This document shows, one piece after another, positions 29,358 to 38,214 of a DNA stretch of 64,000 bases. The notes under the pieces were generated by a model that ran no database searches, was not told where the DNA came from, and saw nothing but the letters and a program-made list of their open reading frames with translations. This DNA is from a bacterium. Lineage in GTDB: Bacteria > Patescibacteriota > Andersenbacteria > UBA10190. Where the stretch lies: contig JBDRMS010000006.1 of assembly GCA_043811915.1 (NCBI GenBank), positions 22,870 to 86,869 on the forward strand, in the 5' to 3' direction. The position numbers and the translations under genes were made by a program. The stretch's first letter is position 1. The number at the start of each line of letters is the position of its first letter.

Positions 29358-30161
29358 TAGTAATAAGGATTATCATCACAGTGCTTTATTGAGCTAAAAA
29401 GTTGGGTTTTGCACCACACTAAAGTGAGAGAAGCCAAAAAAACTTGACCTGGTTGGGATTGTGCCTATACTGGTTGTTACAAGGAAGTTTGTACTTTAAA
29501 CAGGATATCTCTAGTTCCACTTTTCCCAATCGGGAGGAGGTTTGTGAGATGCAGGGCGATTAACATCTTCCATGGATGTTACAGGACCTGCCGGTGGTTG
29601 TTCGTTTGTAGTCCAGTGATAGGGGAGAGTTCAAATGACTCGAGAGGAGTTTTCGGAGGAACAGAGAGGCGATAACGGAAGTGATAAGAGTCACTCGCTA
29701 TCACGCCAAATGTCCCTGTAGGTTTTGCTTTGCAATTATTGCGTATGTTTCTTTCGTACTCTATGCAAAGCCTGCAGGGACGCTTTTCTATTGAGATACG
29801 AATCTCTTGACTGCGTTTTTTATTGTTTATACACTGGGTTGAGCGGGGTAGGATGTTCCTTCTTGTATTGTTTTTGCAAAACAACAACCACCGGCTGATT
29901 TGGCTGAGTGACCTTTTGGATTAAGGTGGCCAAATCTAACCAGGCCCGTTGGCTGCCGGCAGGAGTCTTGGATGTAAAAGCGACAATCATTCACAAAACT
30001 TGAATTGCGCGCTTTGACAAACAAAACTTCCAGCCTGGCATGCCAACGGGCCCTTTTTTATTTGACAGGCTTTGCCTTGCTGGATTAGCTTTACGAGTTC
30101 TCCTTAGAACCCCACGTGGCGAGGCGGTGCTTACAAGAGCAACCCCTCCAACGCTCTAGCA

Positions 30162-30701
30162 TCACTCGTCGGTGGGGTTGTGAGGAGAACTTTTTTCTTG
30201 AGCAAACTCGGTCAGTATTTTGCCAGCTCGAGGGAGTAGCTGAACTATTATTTCTTCTTCACCCGGCGTAAATTTAGACAAAACGAATTCTTCGGTGAGG
30301 CCGATAACTGGTCCGACGCCTAGCAGGAGACGAGCAATATCTTGAGTGCCGAGGGCTTCGTGGATGGAACGTACGCCTCTGTGGCCGCGGGCGCTGCCGG
30401 AGAGTTTTATCTTGAAATCGCCGAGTGGCAGCTCAATATCGTCGTGGATGATGAGGGTTTTTTCCGGAAGATGGTTGAAGCTGGCCACGGCCTGCCCCGA
30501 TAAGTTCATGGAAGCGGCAGGAAAAAGGCAGGTAATCTTGGTGTTAGCTAGTGTAACTGTGGCGATTTCGGCCTGGTGCTTTGCGCTGGGCTGCCACTTA
30601 GCATCAGCCCAGATGCGCAAGAGACGGATGCCAAAATTGTGACGAGTGCGATTAAATTGTTTACCCGGGTTGCCCAGGCCGACGAAGAGCAGATGATTCA
30701 T
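30162..30701 (-). CDS. pth: peptidyl-tRNA hydrolase
   Basis: 179 aa. N-terminus LFVGLGNPGKQFNRTRHNFG and catalytic His match Pth. Confidence 0.85.
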   Translation of the reverse strand: MNHLLFVGLGNPGKQFNRTRHNFGIRLLRIWADAKWQPSAKHQAEIATVTLANTKITCLFPAASMNLSGQAVASFNHLPEKTLIIHDDIELPLGDFKIKLSGSARGHRGVRSIHEALGTQDIARLLLGVGPVIGLTEEFVLSKFTPGEEEIIVQLLPRAGKILTEFAQEKSSPHNPTDE

Positions 30702-32240
30702 TTATTCGCTGGTGTCGTCGGAATCGGTACCCAGGATAACAAGAACTTCAGCCTCGGTTTGTGCTTCTTCTTCGGGCAGATCACTGGCTAGTTTTGCACC
30801 GAGCGTTTCTGCCAGAACGGTGGCGCCGGCAGTGTGGTCGGGAGAAATTGCATAGACATAGGTTTGTGTTTGACCGTGTTTGGCGGCATTGGCGACGTCG
30901 GTTATGTCATAACCTTGTTGCTTGAGATTTTCAGCTGTGCGCCCGGCCAGACCGGTTATAGTAGTGCCGTTACGTATGGCAAGTGATGGTAGGACGGGGG
31001 TGACTGATGGTGAGGGCTCCGGCGGCTGCGCGGTTGGAGTGGGTAATACTGTTTCAGTAGTGAGAATATTCCGGGCAATTTTTTGGATTTCGCTGTAGTC
31101 GCCCGTGCGTGGTCGGAGAATAGATGCTGGCACGCCGCCTAAGACTTCGGTGCCGCCGGTTAGTATCCCTTTGGGTTCAGTGGAAAGGACAACGGATTGG
31201 ACTTGAGACTGGTCAACGAGCCGGGCTAACTCGTAAAAACGCTTCATTTCCCATAGTTGCATGTCGGTGCGTATATTGTTGGATAAAGAAGAAAGAATAG
31301 CGTTGACTTTGGTGAAATCCAGAGCGGTTTGGACGGAGAAAACTTTATCGCGTAGAGACAACAATACTTGTTGTTGACGGGCGGCGCGTTTAAAGTCTCC
31401 TCCTTCAGGACCTTCAATATAGCGGGCGCGAACATAGGCTAGCGCTCGTTCACCACTCATTTTTTCGGTACCGGCCGGGAAGGATATTTTGTGCCAATAA
31501 TCGTAGAAAGAATTATCGATGGTTATATTGATACCGCCAATGCCATCAATAATGTTTTTGAAGGCGGTAAAGTCAACGCGCACGTAGTAATGCATGGGGA
31601 GAGACGTGATATTCTGGACGAGGTCACGAAGTAATTCCGGTCCCCGGTCTTGTTTTTGTGATTCACCAAAAGCGTGCACAGCATTAATTTTGCTGAAGTA
31701 TTCCTGATCAGGTAATTGCACATAGAGATCGCGGGGGATGGAAAGTAAGGCAGCCTTGTTGTTACTGGGCTGATAGCTGATAACCATAATGGTGTCAGCT
31801 AGATCTTCACCTTTGTGTCCTTCCCCGCCGATGGCAATCAATAGAATGTTAATGCGATCCTGTGATTCGCCTTCTAAAAGTGAGTCACCCAGGAAGAGGA
31901 GGTCTTTGAGCTGGCCGAGAATGGAACGATCGGCGGCGCTGATGTTGTCGCTGGCGGCAATTACCTTATAGCCAAAAATGCCGCCACTAATGATGACGAT
32001 AAGGACAATAACGAACAAAACGCGGCGAACCCAGAGGCGGGGGGCTGCTTTGCGCCGGGGAGGTTTTTGTGGCGATAATTTGCCCGGGAATGCAAGCTTA
32101 ATTGGTCTTGTTTGCTGGTTAGACAGGTTGCCGACGCCATAACGGCGACGAGCTGCAAGGAGTGCCCGTCTTTCGGCTTCGCTGCTTGATTTATCTGGCA
32201 TGCTGGTAGGAGTATACAACAGTCGAAAATTGTCGTACAA
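30702..32240 (-). CDS. LytR-CpsA-Psr (LCP) family cell-envelope phosphotransferase with C-terminal LytR_C-like domain
   Basis: 512 aa. N-terminal TM, LCP core (NILLIAIGGEGHKGEDLADTIMVISY...LLSIPRDLYV) and a C-terminal extra domain. Confidence 0.75.
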   Translation of the reverse strand: MYDNFRLLYTPTSMPDKSSSEAERRALLAARRRYGVGNLSNQQTRPIKLAFPGKLSPQKPPRRKAAPRLWVRRVLFVIVLIVIISGGIFGYKVIAASDNISAADRSILGQLKDLLFLGDSLLEGESQDRINILLIAIGGEGHKGEDLADTIMVISYQPSNNKAALLSIPRDLYVQLPDQEYFSKINAVHAFGESQKQDRGPELLRDLVQNITSLPMHYYVRVDFTAFKNIIDGIGGINITIDNSFYDYWHKISFPAGTEKMSGERALAYVRARYIEGPEGGDFKRAARQQQVLLSLRDKVFSVQTALDFTKVNAILSSLSNNIRTDMQLWEMKRFYELARLVDQSQVQSVVLSTEPKGILTGGTEVLGGVPASILRPRTGDYSEIQKIARNILTTETVLPTPTAQPPEPSPSVTPVLPSLAIRNGTTITGLAGRTAENLKQQGYDITDVANAAKHGQTQTYVYAISPDHTAGATVLAETLGAKLASDLPEEEAQTEAEVLVILGTDSDDTSE

Positions 32241-32827
32241 TGGGCCGCATTATGATGCAACTTAGAGTTATGGCGGGTTTCTTTTGGGAACTGACTAAAG
32301 TATTTTTGCTGGCCATGGCAATAATAGTGCCTGTGCGCTACTTTTTAGTACAGCCCTTTTTTGTGCGAGGTGCCTCAATGCAGCCGAACTTCATAGATGG
32401 AGAGTATCTGGTTGTTGATGAGTTGTCGTATCGGTTACGTGAGCCGCGTCGGGGCGAGGTAATAGTTTTTCAGTACCCGGGCGATCCGTCACAGTTTTTT
32501 ATTAAACGATTAGTTGGTTTGCCGGGCGAGACGGTGGAAATTGGCCAAGGCCAGGTGCTGATAAAGAATAGTGTTTATCCCGAGGGCGTGTTGTTAGACG
32601 AATCTCAATATCTGTCGGGGGAAGTGCGCACGGGCGGGACGTTATCGATTACTCTGGGGGAGGATGAGTATTTTGTGTTGGGCGATAATCGTCCGTCTAG
32701 CTCTGATTCCAGAAGTTGGGGCTTACTGACGGAAAAGGCTATTGTGGGCCGGGCATGGATTCGGGCTTTTCCGGTTAATCGATTGGGGCCCGTTCCACTA
32801 ACGCGACCGGGTTTTTTAGGAATATAA
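32240..32827 (+). CDS. lepB: signal peptidase I
   Basis: 195 aa. Catalytic Ser box (RGASMQPNF), Lys box (FFIKRLVGLPGE) and GDNRPSSSDSRSWG box. Confidence 0.8.
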   Translation: MGRIMMQLRVMAGFFWELTKVFLLAMAIIVPVRYFLVQPFFVRGASMQPNFIDGEYLVVDELSYRLREPRRGEVIVFQYPGDPSQFFIKRLVGLPGETVEIGQGQVLIKNSVYPEGVLLDESQYLSGEVRTGGTLSITLGEDEYFVLGDNRPSSSDSRSWGLLTEKAIVGRAWIRAFPVNRLGPVPLTRPGFLGI

Positions 32828-32836
32828 ACTTTTCTT

Positions 32837-34153
32837 ATGGCCACTAAAAAAAAGGAGAGAGGAAGAGATAGAATATTTCCTGTGCAAAAGCCTCGAGGGA
32901 CGCAGGATATTTTGCCGAGAGAACAGAAGTACTGGGAGTATGTGCTGGAAACCGGCAAAATAGTTTTAAGAGGTTGGGACTTTAGACGCATCGACACGCC
33001 TATTTTTGAGGAGACAGATCTTTTTAGTCGGGCGGTGGGCAAAGAAACAGACATTGTGTCTAAAGAGTTGTTTGAATTAAAAGCCAGAGGCAGCGGCGCG
33101 CGTTACAGCTTGAGGCCGGAGGGAACGGCGCCGACGGTGAGGGCTTATATCGAGCACGGCATGCGTTCCTGGTCTAAGCCGGTCAAACTTTTTTATGTTG
33201 GTCCGCTCTTTCGTTATGATCGTCCACAGGCCGGGCGCTGGCGGCAATTTCATCAGCTTGGTTTAGAGGTATTTGGCTCGAGGGCGCATGTTACTGATGT
33301 AGAGGTTATGTATGTGGTGCATGCGATTTTGCAGCAGTTGGGGTTAGAGGAGTACACTTTCCGGGTCAACACATTGGGTGGCACGGAAGATCGAAGCGAA
33401 TATGTTAAGGTGTTAAAAGAACATTATCGGCGCAATCGCCATAGGTTGTGTCGGGAGTGCAAGCAGCGACTAACTACTAATCCTCTGCGAGTGTTGGATT
33501 GCAAAGAAGATAAATGCCAGCAGGTGGCCAATACGGCGCCGCGAATATTTGACCATTTAACGAATGAGTCGAAGGATGGTTTTGAACGGGTACTGGCAAT
33601 GTTGGAGGAACTGGAGGTGCCGCATGAGACCCAGTCTTCGTTGGTGCGTGGTTTAGACTATTACACCGGGGTGGTGTGGGAAGTGCAGTCGAAGGAAGAA
33701 GAAGGGTCACAGATTAGCCTGGCGGGAGGAGGACGTTATGACGGATTAGTTAAAGAGCTGGGCGGCAGGGATACCCCGGCGGTGGGAGGCTCCATTGGCA
33801 TAGAGCGGATTATTGAACGATTAGAGAATGAGGGGATCGAGCTTACCACCACGGATGCCCCGCATGTTTTTGTGGCTCAGCTGGGAGAGGCGGCTAAGCT
33901 GGCGGCTCTGAAGATAATGCGTAATTTGCAGGAGTCTCAAATTAATTTTGCCGAGAGTATAGATCGTGAGGGTATGGAGCATCAACTGAAGCTTGCTTCC
34001 CGCCTGGGGGTTAAGTGGGTAATCATTATCGGACAGAAGGAAGTTTTGGATAAATCGGTTATTTTAAGAAATATGGCTAGCGGTATGCAGGAAGTTGTGG
34101 CACAGGAAGATTTGGTTGAGGAGCTGACCAGGCGGCTAAGTTTGCCTGAATAG
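32837..34153 (+). CDS. hisS: histidine--tRNA ligase
   Basis: 438 aa. Class II aaRS motifs and a HisRS-specific N-terminus (GTQDILPREQKYWEYV). The C-terminal anticodon-binding domain is present. Confidence 0.85.
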   Translation: MATKKKERGRDRIFPVQKPRGTQDILPREQKYWEYVLETGKIVLRGWDFRRIDTPIFEETDLFSRAVGKETDIVSKELFELKARGSGARYSLRPEGTAPTVRAYIEHGMRSWSKPVKLFYVGPLFRYDRPQAGRWRQFHQLGLEVFGSRAHVTDVEVMYVVHAILQQLGLEEYTFRVNTLGGTEDRSEYVKVLKEHYRRNRHRLCRECKQRLTTNPLRVLDCKEDKCQQVANTAPRIFDHLTNESKDGFERVLAMLEELEVPHETQSSLVRGLDYYTGVVWEVQSKEEEGSQISLAGGGRYDGLVKELGGRDTPAVGGSIGIERIIERLENEGIELTTTDAPHVFVAQLGEAAKLAALKIMRNLQESQINFAESIDREGMEHQLKLASRLGVKWVIIIGQKEVLDKSVILRNMASGMQEVVAQEDLVEELTRRLSLPE

Positions 34154-34171
34154 TGTTATACTAAAAGGGAG

Positions 34172-34516
34172 ATGGAAAAGTGTATTTTTTGCGAGATAGT
34201 TGAGGGGAGTACGCTGGCGGACGTGGTGTATGATGGCGGGGATACTTTATTTTTCCGGGATATTTCTCCGAAAGCTAAAGTGCATGTGGTAGGTATTCCT
34301 AAAAAGCACATTGTTTCGCTGGCTGATGTGGTAGCTGATGACCAGGCGATGATCGGTAAATTGTTGCACGATATTGTGCATGTGGCTGGAGAGATGGGTA
34401 TTGTGGAGAGCGGTTATAGGGTAATCACAAATGTGGGACAGGATGCGGGGCAGGAAATAAAACATTTGCACTTTCATATTTTAGGGGGCGAGGGAATAGG
34501 GCCGTTGAAATGTTAA
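34172..34516 (+). CDS. HIT family (histidine triad) nucleotide hydrolase
   Basis: 114 aa. CIFCEIV N-terminus and HLHFHILGG histidine triad. Confidence 0.8.
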   Translation: MEKCIFCEIVEGSTLADVVYDGGDTLFFRDISPKAKVHVVGIPKKHIVSLADVVADDQAMIGKLLHDIVHVAGEMGIVESGYRVITNVGQDAGQEIKHLHFHILGGEGIGPLKC

Positions 34517-34908
34517 AACTACTGACGCTGTTATTGATTTTTGGTTTGCTGGTGCCGCTGCCGGCGCGGCAGCAGCCGTTTGTTTATTGTTCGGGGAATG
34601 ATCCTCTTAAGTGCACGTTGGATGATTTGCTGGCGGTGCCGGTGAATATTTTCAACTTTTTGTTGGGCCTGGCGGCGGTTGTGTTGCTGGCCGTCATAAT
34701 ATGGGCGGGGATGAGAATGATACTGTATCATGCGTCGGAAATGCCGGAGCAGGAGCTGGCGAGTGCCAAAATGACGCTGACCAGAGGTATTATGGGGTTT
34801 CTTATTATTGCTTTTTCATATGTACTGGTGAATTTGCTGGTGTATACTTTGCTGGGGCTTGATACGAATTCAGGGGTGGCAAAAATATTGAAGGACTTTG
34901 GACTGTAG
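34510..34908 (+). CDS. small secreted 2-TM protein, possibly TrbC/VirB2-type (T4SS) pilin-like
   Basis: 132 aa. Signal peptide followed by two hydrophobic helices separated by a short polar loop. This resembles the conjugative pilin-like small proteins common in small-genome bacteria. Assignment is weak. Confidence 0.3.
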   Translation: MLKLLTLLLIFGLLVPLPARQQPFVYCSGNDPLKCTLDDLLAVPVNIFNFLLGLAAVVLLAVIIWAGMRMILYHASEMPEQELASAKMTLTRGIMGFLIIAFSYVLVNLLVYTLLGLDTNSGVAKILKDFGL

Positions 34909-35014
34909 TTGACTTACTGCACGCGGCATGGCAGGCTGTGAGTAGTCTTTCTTAAATTAATTTTGACGGGAGGTGTCGTTTTTGGCCCGGTGTAAACTGG
35001 GCGTACAACAACCT

Positions 35015-35296
35015 ATGGTGGAAGTAAGGAAACGTGATAACGAAAGCACTGACAGTCTTTTGCGGCGCTTTAGCCGTAAAGTGCAACAAAGTGGAGTGTT
35101 GTTGCAGGCAAGAAAAGTACGTTTTTATGAGCGGAAGAAGGCAAAAAGAAAGTTGCGTGAGGATGCTATGCGCAAAGTGCGTTTTATGGAGGAACGTGAA
35201 CGTTTGATAAAATTAGGGGAGTTAGATGAGTTTGCAGGTCCCCAGCAGAATCGTTCGCGCCCGACAGTACGGCGGACAAATATGCCTCGACGGTAA
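35015..35296 (+). CDS. rpsU: 30S ribosomal protein S21
   Basis: MVEVRKRDNESTDSLLRRFSRKVQQSGVLLQARKVRFYERKKAKRKLRED matches the S21 pattern (V.VR..E..D.ALRRF.R....G.L...R.R.FYEKP...RK). The six-frame ORF extends to 34973, but the internal Met fits S21 length. Confidence 0.65.
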   Translation: MVEVRKRDNESTDSLLRRFSRKVQQSGVLLQARKVRFYERKKAKRKLREDAMRKVRFMEERERLIKLGELDEFAGPQQNRSRPTVRRTNMPRR

Positions 35297-35323
35297 GATT
35301 ATTATTGTTGTATACTGCTTGGC

Positions 35324-36055
35324 ATGATAGCGCAGGGAGTTCCCCCACCAGATTTACCGCTGTCGTCTGATACGGCGGGGCAGGCGCCGAAGCCGCCGGT
35401 TGCCAAAGAGCCTGGCGGTGGTTTTGATGCTCCGGATCCGTTTATGGCGGGAGAAAAGGGAGGGAGTGAAAAGCCGGAGAGCATGGTTCAAAATACACCA
35501 CCACCGAGTATTGCTGAAGCGTCTCCGCTTGCCCCAACCACCTTTCGTCAACCGGAGAAGCCGCACCGGACTCGTCGCCGCATTGTGCTGGCAATTGGCG
35601 GCTTGGTGGTATTGATTTTGATTTCTGCCTTGGTGGTAGTGGCTGTCCGTTTCTTTTTAGCCACTGAAGATGCTCTTCTGCCGGAGGAGGAACCTGTTTT
35701 ACCGATGGAGGAAGAGAATACACCGCCGGCACCGACGAGTGATTCTGAAAATGCCGTGCTGGACGATGATGGTGACGGCTTGACGGCGGCAGAGGAAAGT
35801 TTTTATGGGACGGATCCGGACGTAGCTGATACGGACGGTGATGGGTTCAACGATGGCGAGGAAGTGCGAGCTGGTTTTGACCCATTAGGGCCCGGGAAGC
35901 TTGATTCCGATAACGATGGTTTTCCTGATCCTGATGAAAGAGAGTTTGGCTCTGATCCGTTTAACCCTGATACCGATGGGGATGGTTACAGTGATGGTGA
36001 TGAAATTCAAAATGGGTTTAATCCATTAATACCATCACCGGGCGACAAACTTTAA
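35324..36055 (+). CDS. secreted/membrane-anchored protein with Pro-rich linker and thrombospondin type-3-like Ca-binding Asp repeats
   Basis: 243 aa. TM helix ([22 protein letters not shown]) followed by four DxDxDGxxDxxE units ([48 protein letters not shown]). Confidence 0.5.
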   Translation: MIAQGVPPPDLPLSSDTAGQAPKPPVAKEPGGGFDAPDPFMAGEKGGSEKPESMVQNTPPPSIAEASPLAPTTFRQPEKPHRTRRRIVLAIGGLVVLILISALVVVAVRFFLATEDALLPEEEPVLPMEEENTPPAPTSDSENAVLDDDGDGLTAAEESFYGTDPDVADTDGDGFNDGEEVRAGFDPLGPGKLDSDNDGFPDPDEREFGSDPFNPDTDGDGYSDGDEIQNGFNPLIPSPGDKL

Positions 36056-36453
36056 TGCCGGTGACAATACAATGTCGGGAGTTTTCTTTAACCGGAGAAG
36101 AGGCGGAGAAGCTTTGGTTAAAAGTAGTGGTGCTATGTGGATGTCCGGATGAGATAGTGACAGTCAGGTGTGTTGGTGAGCGAGAGATAAAGCGATTAAA
36201 CAAGCGGTATCGGGGGAAAGACAAAGTAACGAATGTTTTAACTTTTTCGTATCAAAATGAGCCCCGCAAAGCTTCGCCGCGGGGCGAGCACGACGTGGCT
36301 ATATGTTTGTCTGTAGTTGCGGAGAAAGATGTGGCTTGGCTGCTGGTACATGCTTTTTTGCATGTGGCGGGCATGGATCACGAAAAATCGGCAGAGGAAG
36401 CAAAGAAGATGGAGCAGGCGGAAGCGGCGGTTCTGAAAGACCGCGGTTTTTAG
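36055..36453 (+). CDS. ybeY: rRNA maturation endoribonuclease YbeY
   Basis: 132 aa. Zinc-binding H..LH..G.DHE motif (HAFLHVAGMDHE). Confidence 0.8.
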   Translation: MPVTIQCREFSLTGEEAEKLWLKVVVLCGCPDEIVTVRCVGEREIKRLNKRYRGKDKVTNVLTFSYQNEPRKASPRGEHDVAICLSVVAEKDVAWLLVHAFLHVAGMDHEKSAEEAKKMEQAEAAVLKDRGF

Positions 36454-36478
36454 AGATTTATGTTAAACTTAGGGCAAT

Positions 36479-36868
36479 ATGGAAGAGAGGCGATTGTGGC
36501 GAAAACGAGACACGTTTAGTGATGCTTGTCGGCATGCATGGCGCGGGGTGGTGCTGGGTTGGCAGGCGGAACGTAACACCAAAGCCCAATTTGGGGTCGC
36601 TTTGACGGCGGTGTTGGCGGCGGTACTACTTGGGTTGCCAGCCAGTCAGGTAGCAGTGGTGATTTTAGTTTCCGCGGTGGTTATAATTTCTGAATTTTTC
36701 AACACAGCTATAGAGGAATTAAGTGATGTGGTGAGTCCTGAATATGATGAGGCGGTCGGAGAAGTAAAAGACATTGCGGCAGGAGCAGTATTACTGGTGA
36801 GTTTGGCAGCGATTATTGTTGGTTTTTTGTTGTTGGGTCCGCCAATGGTCGCGCTAGTAGTCAGCTAG
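36479..36868 (+). CDS. dgkA: diacylglycerol kinase / undecaprenol kinase (DgkA family)
   Basis: 129 aa, 3 TM helices. Conserved EFFNTAIEEL...EYDEAVGEVKDIAAGAVLL core aligns with E. coli DgkA. Lies in the typical ybeY-dgkA arrangement. Confidence 0.7.
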   Translation: MEERRLWRKRDTFSDACRHAWRGVVLGWQAERNTKAQFGVALTAVLAAVLLGLPASQVAVVILVSAVVIISEFFNTAIEELSDVVSPEYDEAVGEVKDIAAGAVLLVSLAAIIVGFLLLGPPMVALVVS

Positions 36869-36885
36869 GATTATAATGTGATAGT

Positions 36886-38124
36886 ATGGCGCAGCCTGTA
36901 TATCTAACTGGCGTTGATGTAGGATCTTCCGCGGTGCGAGTGGCGGTAGCCCAAATAGAAAAAGAGGGGCAGACACCGGTTGTCTTGGGTGTGGGGGTAG
37001 TTCCTATGGAGGGTATGCAAAAGGGAGTGGTGACGGATGTGGAGGATGCGGTGAAGTCGCTGGGGGCGGCTCTTGATATAGCAGAGCGGGTGGCGGGAGT
37101 GTCGGTAGAGCGAGGTTACGTTAGTATCAATGGTTCACACATCTCTTCGCAGAACTCACGGGGTGTCATCGCTGTCAGCCGGGCGGATGGAGAGATTACG
37201 GCTGACGACGTAGCTCGGGTTATTAACGCGGCGCAGGCAGTGTCGCTACCGAACAATCGTGAAGTGCTGCATGTGTTGCCGCAAAATTATATTGTAGATG
37301 GTCACGAGAATATTCATGATCCAGTTGGCATGACTGGTGTCAGGCTGGAGGTAGAAACGCATATTATCGAAGGCTCGACGCCTTTTGTAAAAAATATCAC
37401 CAAGGTGGTTAATCAGGCAGGGGTTCACATTGAGGACTTTGTGTTTTCGCCCCTGGCGGCGGCGACGGCTGTGCTTGATAAGAGACAGAAGGAGCTGGGT
37501 GTGGTTTTGGTTGATCTGGGGGCAGGGACCAGTAGTATGGTTGTTTATGAAGAAAATGTGCTGTTACACACAGCTGTACTGCCGTTGGGCTTTTCGCATA
37601 TTACTAATGATATTGCTATTGGTCTGCGTACTTCCATAGAAGTGGCGGAGGAAATAAAGCAGCAGTATGGCACGGCCTTGATAGATAACGTTAAGAATTC
37701 AGAGACAATTATGGTGGAGGGAGACGAAGAACAAGAACCTGTCTCGCGCAAGGAAGTAGCGAACATTATCAGTGCTCGGCTGGATGAGATATTTTCTTTT
37801 GTCGATCAAGAATTAAAACAAGTCGGCCGGTCCGGATTATTACCAGCCGGTATTATATTAACAGGGGGCGGAGCGCATTTGCCGGGAGTGGTTGAAATGG
37901 CTAAAAAGAAATTGCGCTTACCAGCTCGTGTTGGAAGACTGCAGGCGTTTGAGGGAGTAACAGAGCAAACTACTGACCCATCTTATGCTGTTGTGTTGGG
38001 TTTAATAATGTGGGCGCTTGAACAAGAGGCCGGGGTGGCGGGGCGTCGGGTATCTTTGTCCATGCCGGATGTAAGAGCAATAGCGGGTAAGCTGAAGGGC
38101 TGGTTTAAGACTTTTTTACCGTAA
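36886..38124 (+). CDS. ftsA: cell division protein FtsA
   Basis: 412 aa actin-like ATPase. N-terminus VYLTGVDVGSSAVRVAV with phosphate-1/2 and adenosine motifs. Lies upstream of ftsZ. Confidence 0.85.
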   Translation: MAQPVYLTGVDVGSSAVRVAVAQIEKEGQTPVVLGVGVVPMEGMQKGVVTDVEDAVKSLGAALDIAERVAGVSVERGYVSINGSHISSQNSRGVIAVSRADGEITADDVARVINAAQAVSLPNNREVLHVLPQNYIVDGHENIHDPVGMTGVRLEVETHIIEGSTPFVKNITKVVNQAGVHIEDFVFSPLAAATAVLDKRQKELGVVLVDLGAGTSSMVVYEENVLLHTAVLPLGFSHITNDIAIGLRTSIEVAEEIKQQYGTALIDNVKNSETIMVEGDEEQEPVSRKEVANIISARLDEIFSFVDQELKQVGRSGLLPAGIILTGGGAHLPGVVEMAKKKLRLPARVGRLQAFEGVTEQTTDPSYAVVLGLIMWALEQEAGVAGRRVSLSMPDVRAIAGKLKGWFKTFLP

Positions 38125-38140
38125 AAATACTAGTTTTGTT

Positions 38141-38177
38141 GCACACAAAGTGTGTTCATAATGAACACACTTTGTGC
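38141..38177. promoter_or_regulatory. perfect 37-bp palindrome abutting a TTGACA -35-like hexamer upstream of ftsZ
   Basis: The palindrome GCACACAAAGTGTGTTCAT-A-ATGAACACACTTTGTGC is followed immediately by TTGACA (38178-38183) and a T-run. It could be an ftsA terminator, an ftsZ operator, or both. Confidence 0.4.
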
Positions 38178-38214
38178 TTGACAGTTTTTTTCACTGGTTT
38201 AATCTTTAATAGAA

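Noticed and set aside
29579-30024. Two small minus-strand ORFs (102 and 65 aa) in the long non-coding gap
   Set aside because: No RBS and an odd composition (Cys/Arg/Asn-rich). They overlap predicted RNA hairpins, and the region is better explained as non-coding.
29240-30161. RNase P RNA, tmRNA or SRP RNA in the 0.9-kb gap
   Set aside because: I looked for hallmark strings on both strands: AGTCCGG and ACAGAA for RNase P, GGTTCGA-TCC with a CCA end for the tmRNA tRNA-like domain, and GGAAGCAGCCA-type strings for SRP domain IV. None were found. The AGGGTGAGGGGTG resemblance to the RNase P GGGTGAAAGGGTG motif is isolated.
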